This document shows, piece by piece, positions 1 to 10,903 of a stretch of DNA of 33,583 bases; the stretch's first letter is position 1; each line of letters opens with the position of its first letter. Both the position numbers and the translations under genes were made by a program. The DNA lies in contig QPMI01000683.1 in NCBI GenBank assembly GCA_004431415.1, positions 1-33,583 on the forward strand, written 5' to 3'. Source of the DNA: Cyanophora paradoxa CCMP329. Lineage: Eukaryota > Plantae > Glaucophyta. Below the pieces are notes generated by a model. That model had not been told where the DNA came from. It saw only the letters and a list, made by a program, of their open reading frames with translations, and ran no database searches.

Positions 1-445
1 ACCAGCGACTAGTCTGGGGCGGCCGGCAATGTCTTGCTGCCGTGTGCCGCAGAGCACGCACAGCCCGTTTGGGTTCACCTCGCTGTACAGCTCTGGTGCG
101 TCCCGCTTGCGGACCAGGGCCGTCGCCACGGTACCCAGCACCAGTTTCACATGCGTACCCCGGTAGCAGTTGCTTTCCCGGCTCACCCCGACGCGGCGGG
201 GTCCCATCGCCATCTGATCGTACACAGCGCCGTGATCGACCGGCTCCCGCAGCCACTGGCCTGCCTGCGCCTGATTCGACCAGGCGAAGTGCGTATGATG
301 CGCATGCAGCACTGCGGCGTGCCTCCGGGGATCGCCTTCGACCCGCCTCGCGGTTCCGTCCGACCCCTCGATCGTCAGGACCGCCGGCATGCTGAACTCC
401 GGCGGCAGGAAGATGCCCTCATCGATCTCCGCTGGTCGAGCTCCC
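1..445 (-). pseudogene. C-terminal tail of ORF2 with start of a Cys zinc-binding motif
   Basis: Positions 49-60 on the minus strand read C-V-L-C (NGLCVLCG), where non-LTR ORF2 proteins carry a C-terminal CCHC motif. The rest of the motif is not resolvable. Confidence 0.55.
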
Positions 446-910
446 TGGCGAGCTTCGCGGCGGCGTCGGCACGGTTGTTCATCTCATCAGTGCCGTGCGC
501 TTTGACCTTGACTAGCTCGATTTCCCGGCTGTGCTCACGCTTCGCCAGGATGGCCCGGAATCTGGACCAAGCGTAGAGCTCGGCGCTGCACGGGTGGCGG
601 ACGTAGTCGCGCGCGTGCTTGTGGTGCGCATTCTGAACGAACTGTTTGTACCACGTGCAGACGTTCTGACTGTCCGTGTGCAGCCGCAGACCTGTAGGCG
701 CGAGCACGTCGGCGACGATCGCCGCCTGGAGCTCTGCCTTGTTGATCTCCTGGAGGCCGCGGAGCCGGCCGTACAGCGTGGACTCCTCTCCTTCCGGATT
801 GAGGGCGCAACATCCGTGCGCGGGCCGGAATCACTATTCCAAACCCCGCTCGGGCATCCGCTGTCTGACCGCCCCCAGGCTCCCGTCCGTCCAGATGTTC
901 AGCTTTCCTT
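445..910 (-). pseudogene. RNase H (RNase HI-type) domain of ORF2, frameshifted
   Basis: Catalytic motifs in order across frames: LNIWTDGS (~880-903), AGFGIV, INKAELQA, LHTDSQ, VKVKAH..EMNNRADAAAK. Confidence 0.88.
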
Positions 911-2390
911 CCGTCTCGGCGTACCGAGCGAGTTGTTCCGTCTCTGCCTTGGGCCACACTTCCAGCAGGTGCTGCAGTACAAGTTTCGGTCCCGCCGTGC
1001 TGCAGATCGCGTGTCCATGTCTTGGGCCCCCGCCCGTGTAGTAAAGGTCGCGCCGTTCCGCAGATTTCGACACGGGCGGGCCTCGTCCCTCGGCTCCGTG
1101 CTCGGCGCCGCCGCCGCCGCCGCGTCCAAGGCTACGCGCAGGTCCTCCTCGGCCTCGGGGCTCAGCTCCTCGCGGAGGAAACGTGGGTCCTCGTCCTGGA
1201 CCGCCTTCACGCGGGCCTGGCGGAGGAGCTGCTGGCGTCTCTCGTCTTCATTCAGTCCGGGATCGTAGTACTCGAGCGTCATCCGCCCAGCGGCCCCCTT
1301 GCGCCCTCGTCGCGACTTCGTCTCCCGGCTCTCTCCGGCGACTAGATACGTCTCGGGTTCGCCGCCCAAGCTCAAGAGGGTGTCCTCTTCCTCCCACCAA
1401 CCCTCACCGTTTGTCCAAGGGCCGTCGCACTGACTCATTTCCGGGCAGCGTGCCGGGATCGGGTGCTTACACCGCTCGTCGTGGTGCCAGTACATCTTTC
1501 CGGAGCCGGGGACTGCCGTGTACGTTTCCGGGCGCCCCTTCACCTTCTCGTGCCTGCAGTGACCGTCGCACCGGCAGTAGAGTCCGGCTCGCTCCCGTCG
1601 GCTTCGGGGTCCGCGCCGCTCGGTATCGGCACCCAGTGCTCAAGCAGGTATTCGAACGCAACGATGCTGCCCTCCGGCGCCCTCCCTCTGACTACCCGGC
1701 CCACGTAGGGCAATGCAGCTTCATCGTGGAGCGCCTCCGCCTCGAAGACGGCTACGAAAGTCCCCGGCGTCCACTTGACCTTGCGGGCCCCGCCGGGGAG
1801 CGAGGCCATGGCCGACGCGCGCGTGCCCGCCCTTCGCATCGGGTGCCGCAGCTTCTTTCCGTCTACCGTGAGCGCTCCCACCAACTCTCGCCACCACGCA
1901 GGCTCGCTCTGCTGCAGCGTATCCTTGGGGGCCTGCGTCTGCAAGTCTCGCCAGGTGCGCACGGTCTCGCCGTCCGCAGCGGTCACCGCATCCATCGTCA
2001 CTGCGCCCGCCTTGTACAGCGCGGGGCCGCTACTCCAAAGATCGAGCTCGGTATGTGCGTCGCGACGACGTAGCGTCGGTCGAGCCGCTCCGGATCAGGC
2101 CAAGGCGTCGTCCCGGGCATGGTGCGGAACGCCGCGTAGCGCGCGTGGTTCGACACCAGCCTGTACTTACGCCGCTGCATCTGCGGCATGATCGCAGCCA
2201 GGGAGTTCCCGCGGGCCAGTCCGCTGGAGACGGGCGCATTCAGGAACTCGGTCGGGAGCAGCGGCACGCCGAGGTCCTCCTGCAGCGCGCGCACTCGGTG
2301 CCGGACCGCCTGGGCGAGCAGCGAGCCCTCGGTGCGCAGAGGCGGATCTGTGCCTCCGCGATCTGAGCCTCGGCCTGCAGGTGCTCGTCC
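910..2390 (-). pseudogene. RT-RNase H linker region of ORF2, broken into several frames
   Basis: Protein-like segments continue across ORFs 1998-2294, 1540-2001 and 899-1543 with frame changes near 2390, 2340, 2020, 1550 and 1070-960. Confidence 0.7.
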
Positions 2391-5260
2391 TTTTTAGGCT
2401 GTACCCCCCGTGGCTCCAGATCACGTAATTCGTCGTCGAGGCGGCGAGGTTCGCGTGGTGCTTGACCACCCTTAGCCAGATGCGATCTAGCTCCTGGCAC
2501 TGACCCTCGCTCAGGGTCATGAGCTTCAAGCCGTACGCGATTCGGGCCTGGACTACGGCCTCGACAAGGTAGCAGGCCTCGTTCGTGGTGAGCTTTTTAC
2601 GCTCTATCAGCGCCACGGCTCCTCGCGCCTGATCGCAGATGTACTGCCACTGACGATCCCAGTTCAGGTTCGCGCTCATATGCACCCCGAGGAGCTTGAA
2701 GTGCTCGTGGGGCTGGCGGACGAGCCCGACGGGGGTACCGTTAATCTTCGGCGGGGAGGGCCGCTTCTCCTTCTTCTTCGCGGCAGGGTGGGCCCCCGGT
2801 TTGCTCTCAGTCTCGCGGCGTGCGTTGTTCCACGTGAAGATCGTCTTCTTCGCGTTGACCTCGATATCGTGCAGGCGGAAGAATTCGCCGGCCACGTCGG
2901 CCTGGGCCTGCAGCCCCCGCAGGCTGCCGCTCATCCACTTCGTGTCGTCGGCGTACGCCACGCCGCTGACGCGGGCCCGGGCCGCGCGTTCCGCGGCGTC
3001 TGTCTCTCTCGGGTTCCCCATTACGTACGCTGTACCCGGCTCCTCCGCCGTCTCAGGGTGAGCATATTGCTCTATCGTTTTCGCCACCTTCTTGCCGCAC
3101 TCTCGCTCGTGCTGATCCATCCGCACTTGCGCGCAGAGGAGCGCATCGTAGAAGATCAGCCAGTGCAGCGGCGACTCGACGCCGCCCTGCGGCAGCCCGC
3201 ACTCGAGCTCGAATTCGTCCGAGAGGCCGTGCCCCGAGATCGCCCTGGCCCGACGGCGTCGGAATATGTTCCTGTGGAGCTCGATGTACCCCTCCGGTAC
3301 GCGCAGCCTCCGCATCGAGAGCTCCATGCTCTCCCACGAGACGGAATCGTACGCGCGCCTGATATCCTGCAGCAGGACGTAGACGGGCTTCTTGTACTGC
3401 TTCGCGTCCTCGAGGACTGCGTTAAAGACGTGGAGGGCGTCATCCGTCGAGCAACCAGGTCTGAAGCCGTAGTTGGCGCCCCTCAGGAACCCGTTCTCAT
3501 GTATGGTCCGGGACAGGCGCGCGTTCAGGAGGCCCGTGGTGAGCTTCAGGGCGACCTCCTGGAGGGTGATCGGCCGCAGGTTGTTATCGATGTCTCCGTC
3601 CCATTCCCCTTGCTTCGTGATGCCAAGGATGTTGCCCTGACACACGGCGTCCGGCATGTCCCGCAGGCGGATCGCCTCCGCCACCAGCGAGAGCAGCAGC
3701 TTCCGGCCCCAGTGGACCGGCTCGCCCTCGGCAGCCCCGTCGGGGCCCCCATCCTCCTGTTCGGGGCGGGCGGGGGCCGCGCCCTTTGCCCCTTTGCCCT
3801 CGCCTTCCTCCTTTTTCTTGGGCACTTCCGCCCACAGGAACTTCACCATAGCGTACGAGAAGTTAGACGGCCCTGCCGCCGTGTTCCCCAGCGTCTTAAT
3901 GTACTCTCCGAGCTCCTGTTCGCTCGGCTCGGCCATGTCCCTTGCGTATTTGGCGGGGTCAACGTAGTCTTTCGGCTCGTATTCAAGCCTCCAGAAGTCG
4001 AGCAGCGCCCTCCCTGCGCTGTCCTTCAGCACGCTTTGAGGCAGTGTTTCCACCGTGCCCCCCACTCGGGGTTGCCGGCGCTTGCACCAGGATCGCCAGT
4101 GCTCTTTCAGCAGCCGCTTCACTTCGGCAGGCTCGTTGTAGATCTCGTACGTCTTTCCGTCTCCTGACACCCGAGTGATATGCATGATCGGCCTGTTTCG
4201 GGGCTTCTCTAGGACCGAGGCGATGTAGGAGCCTAGTCGGCGCCCATCCATGAAGTTGTCTAGCCTGTTTTTGAGGGCCTTCTCTATTTCGCCTGCCTGC
4301 AACGCGCGGCGGATCCTCTGCAGATCGTGCCGCGTTCGGTTCTGCCATGTCTTGAGCTCTCTAAAGAAGGTCGCCCAATCTTCTTTCAGCTGCCGCCGGC
4401 GCGCAGCGGCCCAGTCATTGTCAACTTCAGCGTCCGAATTCGAAGTTGAATTCGAAGTCGAATTCGCGATCGGCGACGATGGCCATGGGGGGGAGGACTG
4501 GGACGGGGGGGACGAAGCTGGGGTACCGCCTGCAGCTGGCGGAGATCGAGATCCGCTCGAGCTTTGGGAGTTACGTGCGTCGTCCTGGCTCTGGCTTTGG
4601 GGCCACGAGCCTTGTGCACGAGCCCGCCTTTCAGCCGGCCTCAGCGGGAACGGCCGCAGACCTTCCTTGTCCGTCACGTAGCTCTGCAGCTTTTCTACTG
4701 CCAGGATCGTCTGCTCCGACGGAACCCCGCTGGATTCCTTGTTCCAGGCTGCCAATATGCGGGCGACCTTGGAGTCCACCTTCGCCTGCCACGGCAGGTT
4801 GCGCGGCTTGGTCGGCTTCCCGCCCCGGCGCCTCATGCTTAGATGCTCCTTTGCCACCTCCTGAACAAGTGTGGCGCTCGCAGCGTGGATTCGGGCCAGG
4901 CGGTCGAGGCGCTCCTCCGGCGTTCCCTGGCCGACCGACTCCAGGTCCGACCCCAGTGCTTCCCCGAGCTTTTTGTTAAGCTCTCGCTTCAGCTCATCCT
5001 TCTGCTTCAGCGTCCGCTTCAGGCCGTCTGGGTCGAAGACCGGCGGACCAGGCTTCGGGGTGGGCATCGGTCCCACCGGCGCGATCAGCCCGGCGCGCTC
5101 CAGGTCGAAGTCCGCGAGCACCGGGAAGTGATCCGAGTCGTGTGGCGCATCGACCCAAGTCGGGCAGGCGTGCACGCTGAGGAGCGCCTCATCGAGGGCC
5201 TTCGACACCACCACCGCATCGATGCGCGCCGCGTGCCAGAGTGCGTCCTTCGGCAGATTC
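2390..5260 (-). pseudogene. Non-LTR reverse transcriptase (ORF2 core)
   Basis: AAGPS, RPITLQEVALKL, YGFRPGCSTDD, DIRRAYDSVSW, GLPQGGVESP, YADD (2944-2955), NAKKT, FKLLGV. The frame is lost near the T5 run at ~2391-2395. Confidence 0.96.
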
Positions 5261-6227
5261 GCGGGGCTTCCTCTTCTGCGTGTTCCGTTCCTTCTGACTC
5301 GACGGCGCCGGCAGGCTGCGGCGGGTCTGCCTCGGCCGCCGGGCCCTGCTTCGCACCGTGCGGTGTGCGGTGCGTAACCTCGCGCGCCGAGCGCCAGGTC
5401 CCATTATCATAATCGTGGGAGTGCTGAAGCGCTGTATCGCGCAGGTCCCATGAATCTGTGAACGTGTTCCACCATTTCCTCTCCGCCGTCCTGCTCGGGA
5501 CCATGGTCCCGTTGCGGATCCGCGACAGTTCGGGGATCGCTACGGAGTTCCAGTCGCCCAGCAGTATCAGGTGCGCGTGCTGCCGAGCGCTGAAGTCGCC
5601 GTGCATCTTTGTCAGCTCCTCGACGATCTTCTCCTGATCCTGGCGGTGCGCAGCCTTGCTCACGGTCGCGGGCATGTACACGCTTGCCACGAATAGCTGG
5701 ATATTCCCCTGGAACCGGAGCTCGAAGCCGATCAGCCGGCCCGGCACTTCGTACTTCTTCGTCAGGTGCTTGACCCACTGCGGCGCCACCCAGAGCGCCG
5801 CGCCGCTTCCCCGCGTACCATCGCCTGACTTCAGCGTGTACAGCAGCTTCCCGTGCGTGATTGCGCCTTCCGGCTGGAGCGGGTCCTCCCCATCCGACCG
5901 AAGCGCGGCTGCCATCTGGGGCCTAGTCATTGACAGCTCTTGCGCTCCCGCAATATCCACGTCCCAGCGCCGGCAGAATTCTTCCATTTGCTGCAGTTTG
6001 GCAGCGTTCGACCCTCTCGTGTTGAAGGTCATCGCTCTAAGGACGCCTTTCATTTTGTCTTTTGCAATGGACGGAGAAGCCCCGATAGAATCCCCGCCTT
6101 CAGGAAACTCGATATCGGGAAAGATGTCTTTTAGCCTGTACTCGGATGCAGGCCTTGCAACTGCAGGCTTTGGAGCCTGTGCTTTCTTGCCCTTCTCTAT
6201 CTTACTTTGGTTCTTCTTTCCTTTCAC
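5085..6227 (-). pseudogene. Apurinic-like endonuclease (EEP/APE) domain of LINE ORF2, frameshifted near 5260
   Basis: Motifs TFNTRG, DIAGAQE, GSGAALWV, GRLI, VASVYMP, LLGDWNS and TW. The distal motifs ARIDAVVVS and SDHFPV (SDH at 5128-5136) are in the RT frame, which implies a 1-nt indel, possibly in the G4 run at ~5263-5266. Confidence 0.92.
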
Positions 6228-6820
6228 TGTGGTCTAGCGACGGGGGCGCTAGTTGGGTCGCAGACACACGCTTGCACATACCGGACTCGCCGGCCTGTAC
6301 ATGTGCTCAGCTTCGGCACTACTCTGGAGACCTGGCATAGCTCGGGCTCTGCAGCTGCGCATGCATTCCCAAAGACATTCAAATTGGCGAGAGCGCTCGA
6401 CGAGTCCAAGGACAGGGTGACCGCAAGCAAGTTCCCGCATGAAGGAAGCTTGTTGGCTGCAGCTGGCCAGAAGAAGGGCGCCAGAAGGGCGGGCGACTGC
6501 GGGAGGAGATCAAATCTGCAGAATTCGATCCCGTCGCGAGAGGGACGGGAATCAGCTCGGAAACCGTCGCATGCATCTTGGAATGATGCTCGGGGTCCGC
6601 ACGCATGCAGGATGCGTTCATTCTCGACCGGGATCGCCGAATTCCCGAGAGGCACCGCCGGCCGAAGCCGCAGACACAACCGGCCGCAGCCGCAAAGAAC
6701 ATCAGGACACATGTGCATGCCCTTGAAGGGCAGCCGGCCGCAGCCGCAGTCGACCTGCGGTGCTCCGGAGCGACGTGCGGCGTTCACGCGCTTTGCCGGA
6801 GGGTTAGCCAACGTGTACAT
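6224..6820 (-). CDS. Cys/His-rich 198-aa ORF directly upstream of APE; possible zinc-binding (GRF-like spacing) protein or ORF fragment
   Basis: ATG start; two CGCGRL motifs followed by HAC and further Cys; its stop overlaps the start of the APE reading frame (6224-6227). Confidence 0.4.
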   Translation of the reverse strand: MYTLANPPAKRVNAARRSGAPQVDCGCGRLPFKGMHMCPDVLCGCGRLCLRLRPAVPLGNSAIPVENERILHACGPRASFQDACDGFRADSRPSRDGIEFCRFDLLPQSPALLAPFFWPAAANKLPSCGNLLAVTLSLDSSSALANLNVFGNACAAAEPELCQVSRVVPKLSTCTGRRVRYVQACVCDPTSAPVARPQ

Positions 6821-6941
6821 GTGCGTATGCGTACTTCCGCACGCTTCTGCGTGCGCGGGGAGGCGGAGCGGGAAGCGTTCAAACCTTTGTCATCTCTTTG
6901 GGACCTGGATGGCCGAACAGCTAGCCCTAGTGCTCCTAAGA

Positions 6942-8358
6942 CTATTCCCACGGGTTTCCCGCGGCGGCGGTCGCCTGAAGGCTCAGGAAAGGCTTCCGAC
7001 GGATCGACCTGAAATTCCCGGGGGTCGCGCCGCTCGAGCCCGGGGTCGGGCCGGCGGCGGGTGCCAGGCCCACGAAGAACCGCGCCGCCGCCGGCCAGTC
7101 TGTCACGTCCGGAGCGAGGATCTGGTCGAGAGTGCCGATCAGGCCGCCGCCGAGCGGGGTGTCACACAGTGTGTGAGCCGTTGGGTCCGAAGGCTTGCCA
7201 GCCAGGCACGAGGCAGCGCCCCGAGTTGAGCATCTCGCGCACGACCGACGCCTGCGGGAGCCGCGATCGCTGCTGGAAGGCGCGCGGGAAGGCCGGGTCG
7301 CTGGTGCTTGCGCAGAGGCCGCCCAAGATGAACGGGTGCGAGAGCGTGCCCAGCGCTATCATCTCGAGAGTCGGCTGGTGCGGCATGTGCTTCAGGACGA
7401 GTTCGAGGGTGATGTCGCCGAACTGCTGGCCGTCGGCGAGCGCCGCCATGCGCCGGAAGATGGCAAGGTACGCCTGCGTGAGCTCTCGGCGGCGGTTCGG
7501 TACGTCGCCCTCCGGGCGGCTGGCGTAGATCAGCTCCGTGAGCGTGTTCGTGTCGTGGTAGATCAACTCGAGCGGCGTGCCGGCGCCGGTGGTGGCAGGA
7601 ACCGCCACGACGTGCTCGCTCAGCAGCTCGACGTGCTCGCCGCCGGCGAGCCAGCGGAACTCGCCGTTCTCCAGGACCTCGAAAGCGGCCGTGGGTTGCG
7701 ATTCGGTGCCCTCGGCCGGTTCGCTGTAGCAGAGCGCGTAGAGCCGGCCCTCGGCCGTGTACTCGCCGAGCGACATCGCCTTGCCCGCGATCGGTTTCTC
7801 GTCGGCAGCGAGCCGCGCCGTCGACTCAGGGCCCACGTAGCGGCCGTGCAGGACGTGCTGCATGGACTGGGCCATGAAACGGCGAGGCAGCTGGACGCGC
7901 GTGCGGCGCAGGTGGTTGATGAACGTGTGCAGCGTGCCTGCGGCCGCGAGCAGGAACGTGCGTGAGCCTTCATGCTCTGTGCTCTTGCATGGCACGCAGC
8001 CCCGCCCCGTGTCAGCCTGGTGCGTGCTTGAGGAGTCCGGTGGGCCGAAAGAGCCCCGCGGGCCCGAGACTAGCTCGTGCGGCCCAGAGGCCCATCGGCT
8101 ACGTGCAGAATCGGTTCCTGCAGCCCGGAGGCCAGGAAACCGAGGCCGATCCTCAGTCTGTGGTTGCTCTGACTCCAAATGGTTCTGCTGATCCGCGAGT
8201 TGCGTGCGCGTAGGCGCCGTCCGTTCGCGCCGTGGAGATGCCGGTCGCATGTTGCTCGTGAAAGCACGACCTGCATCCCCATGGGGCGGCGAATCGGGCG
8301 GCGGCGAACCTTGGCTCGCTAGGAAGTACGGCCGCGGTGGCCCCGCGGTGTCACTCAT
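6942..8358 (-). CDS. Putative LINE ORF1 / unknown protein, ~470 aa, one frameshift near 7170
   Basis: 398-aa ATG ORF with a disordered N-terminus, a CVPCKSTEH (C-x2-C-x4-H) knuckle-like motif and a globular-looking C-half. A shifted frame continues LCDTPLGGGLIGTLDQIL...GNPWE* to TAG at 6942-6944. Confidence 0.55.
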
Positions 8359-9031
8359 CTCGCGACTCCGATTTCAAGCTGCTGCTGCTGGCAATGGTCG
8401 GCAAAAGCCGCGAGAGCCCGAGCCTGCGCTAGCCGGCTCGGGTACACAAAATCTGAGCCCGAAGGGGGCGTACGCAAGCGGCGCCGCGGGGGAAGGCGTC
8501 ACGCTGCCTTCCGCACTCCGCGCGGCCTTGCTCGAAGAAGACAGATTACTCTCACGCTTTGCTGGAGTAATCCACTCTGTCAGCACAAATGAATGCTAAA
8601 ACCCTAACATGATATACCCCGCAAGCTCTTTCCCGGGGAGGGTGGGGGGAGCAATCGGTGGGAGGGTGCGCGTTTGCAAACTCTCCGGGAAATTAAATAC
8701 CCCACACAGCGCCCGCTCAGCTGCAGCCTGGCACTGGGGCGGCAGGCCCCGCGGCCGCTGCTCATTTCTATGTCAACCGCGAATTCGAACGAACTCAAAG
8801 GCGCGACCTGGCAGGACAAGGATTGTGTGCCAACTGCAAATTCTTTTTAGTTTGTTGATCGCTCATACGACCGCGCGCTGACCCGCGCGCGTCGCGCTCC
8901 GATCCTGCGCACGCCCACAGACGGGCACATGACGGACAAGGAAATTGAGCAGCTCGCCCGAGACCATGCAAGGACTTCAGGCGGCGACGAGAGCGTGTGC
9001 ACGCCCTTGGCGCGATTTTACTAGGATCTCG

Positions 9032-9091
9032 TTAGCCCTGCCAATTTCGGGCGAAGCCTCTTCGGGCGAAGCCTCTTCGGGCGAAGCCTCT
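9032..9091 (+). repeat. Stack of element 5' termini: one family-B end (TTAGCCCTGCCAATT) plus three family-A ends (TCGGGCGAAGCCTCT x3)
   Basis: 15-nt units at 9032-9046, 9047-9061, 9062-9076 and 9077-9091; the same modules recur at 15744-15783 and 28507-28578. Confidence 0.9.
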
Positions 9092-10903
9092 TCCGTTGGT
9101 CGATGGTGAACGGCCCCATTTATTTTTTTTCCAGTCGAGTCCGATTGGTCCGAGCCGTTGGTCGATTGGTGAACGGCCCCATTTATTTTTTTTCCAGTCG
9201 AGTCCGATTGGTCCGAGCGTCCAGATTCGCAACCTCCGCAATGAAGGCGAACGATTTCGCATGTAACACAGTTGCCCACGGACGTTACATTGACGTGACA
9301 TTTATTTTTGGACTCGAGGTTCCTCTAAGACGACCGCTCTCCCGTGGGCGTCGCGCGAAATCGAATTTCCCTCCAGGATCAATTCCAGTATTTATACCCC
9401 GGGGCTCGATCGCGAGAGTCCAAAAAGTGGGACCCGGTCCCGCGACGAAAGCGCGCCAGGGACGCCCCAGAGCGCTCAGAATAACAGCCAAGAGCGCGCG
9501 CATTGCGGCAAGCTCGATTTCGGCCGCCGCCGACGCTCCAGTCGGAAGAGTCGGCCGAAATCTTGATCCTGCCGGTTCCGGCCGGTCCCGCGACGCATGC
9601 ATTCGATGCGTACTGGCGCGCATAGACATAGCAGGGCCTGCGCACTCCAGATATCCGCTTTTCGGAGCCGGAATAGTGAAGGCAGATGTCCGACAGCAAA
9701 AATTCGATCCTGTTCAATCCTGCACATGTAAGAGTCTGCTAGACCCCTAAAAAAACGATTAGGACCCCCGGTACAGTATTTCCCGGACCGGGTCCGATTT
9801 AGGAGCTCGGTCGGCGTGCGTGCCGGGGGGCGCCCTGCAAGCGCGACCAACGCTCTCAGCTAGTTCGATAATGCCCGGATCGCAACTCGCCGCGTCCCCG
9901 GGCGAGCGGTGTGAGCTTCCGGCGGTCGGCAAGCGACTGGCACCTTCGGAGAGCCTCCGGAGCGGCGTGCCGGTCAGCAGGCGGCAGCAACGCCTTCAGA
10001 AGTGATAGTATAGCATACAAGATCGTTCTGGAATGCCGCGAGACACTCCCCGCCTGCCGACCCGCACCGCCCTGCGGCCGCGTCGCGCAAGCCTCGTAGC
10101 GCGGGCGCCCAGCGAGCAGCAGCGGCATCTCCCTGCCTGCAGGACACTTTTGGTGCGCTGGTTTAGGTCGCGGGCAACAGTCGGTCGCGCGCAACAGTGC
10201 CGCTGACGAACGCGCAGGCCGATCGCCTGTCAGGAGCCTCTCCCGCTAGCTACTGCACCTGTAGATGCCACGGGGAGCCTCTCGGCTGTCCTACCATGCG
10301 GGTTTGCGGTCCGCGCGTCCGAGCGGCCAGCAGCAGCCGGGCGGCACGTTGGATTCGCCAGCCAACCTTCGGCCGGCGAGCTTTTCCGGCGTAGATAGCC
10401 TACAGCCGCCGGAAACAGCGTCCCGGGCTCCTTTTGCAGGCGTCCGCGCGCCTCGTCGGCTCACTGCCTCGGCGCACCTCGGACAACCGACAGCTGCGCG
10501 CCCAGGTGCGGCGCCGCCCGTCGTTCCTCGCGCAGAAAAGGATGTTTGGAGGATCGCGCATGCTTAGGGCTCGTCCTGACGCTGTTTCGCACAGGTCGGC
10601 CGGCTGCGTGCGGATTGCTTGCACCGTCGAAGGCGGACGACGCACCGCGCACGCGCAACGCTCTGCATCGTCTCTCCGGTCGATCCTGTCGCAGGCGAGC
10701 CGCGCCCGCTGCCGCGCTGCGCCCGAGCACCGACCCCCGCCGCAGTTTCATGGTCGCGCGGCCGCACCCGTGCGCTCCCGCCCAATCGCTGCGCATAGCC
10801 GTGATCCTCGTCTCAGATGCTCGCGAAACGGCCGCGCGGGAGCGGGTCCGCCGCCGCTCCTTCCCCCCTCGCGGTGCTGGAGCTAAGCTAAGCGGGTGCT
10901 CGC

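Larger units (their letters stand above)
1..8358 (-). mobile_element. Non-LTR (LINE-type, APE-RT-RNase H) retrotransposon; 3' end runs off the window, 5' boundary uncertain
   Basis: Collinear minus-strand APE, RT, RNase H and C-terminal CxxC motifs (see sub-features). Including ORFs 6224-8358 in the element is an inference from strand and position. Confidence 0.9.

Noticed and set aside
2680-4167. Long plus-strand ORFs opposite the RT (also 531-1268, 1183-2073, 7195-7965; minus-strand 22658-23773 opposite the spliced gene)
   Set aside because: Antisense shadows of GC3-rich coding sequence.
8597-8607. TAAAACCCTAA telomere-like motif (also CCCTAACCCTA at ~29662)
   Set aside because: Only one or two units; not an array.
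8875-9023. Possible plus-strand exon (branch GCTGAC, CACAG acceptor, MTDKEIEQLARDH...)
   Set aside because: Too short, with no upstream exon or homology evidence.
9047-9091. 15-bp direct repeats as a CRISPR array
   Set aside because: No spacers and no cas genes; the context is eukaryotic; the repeats are element 5' termini.
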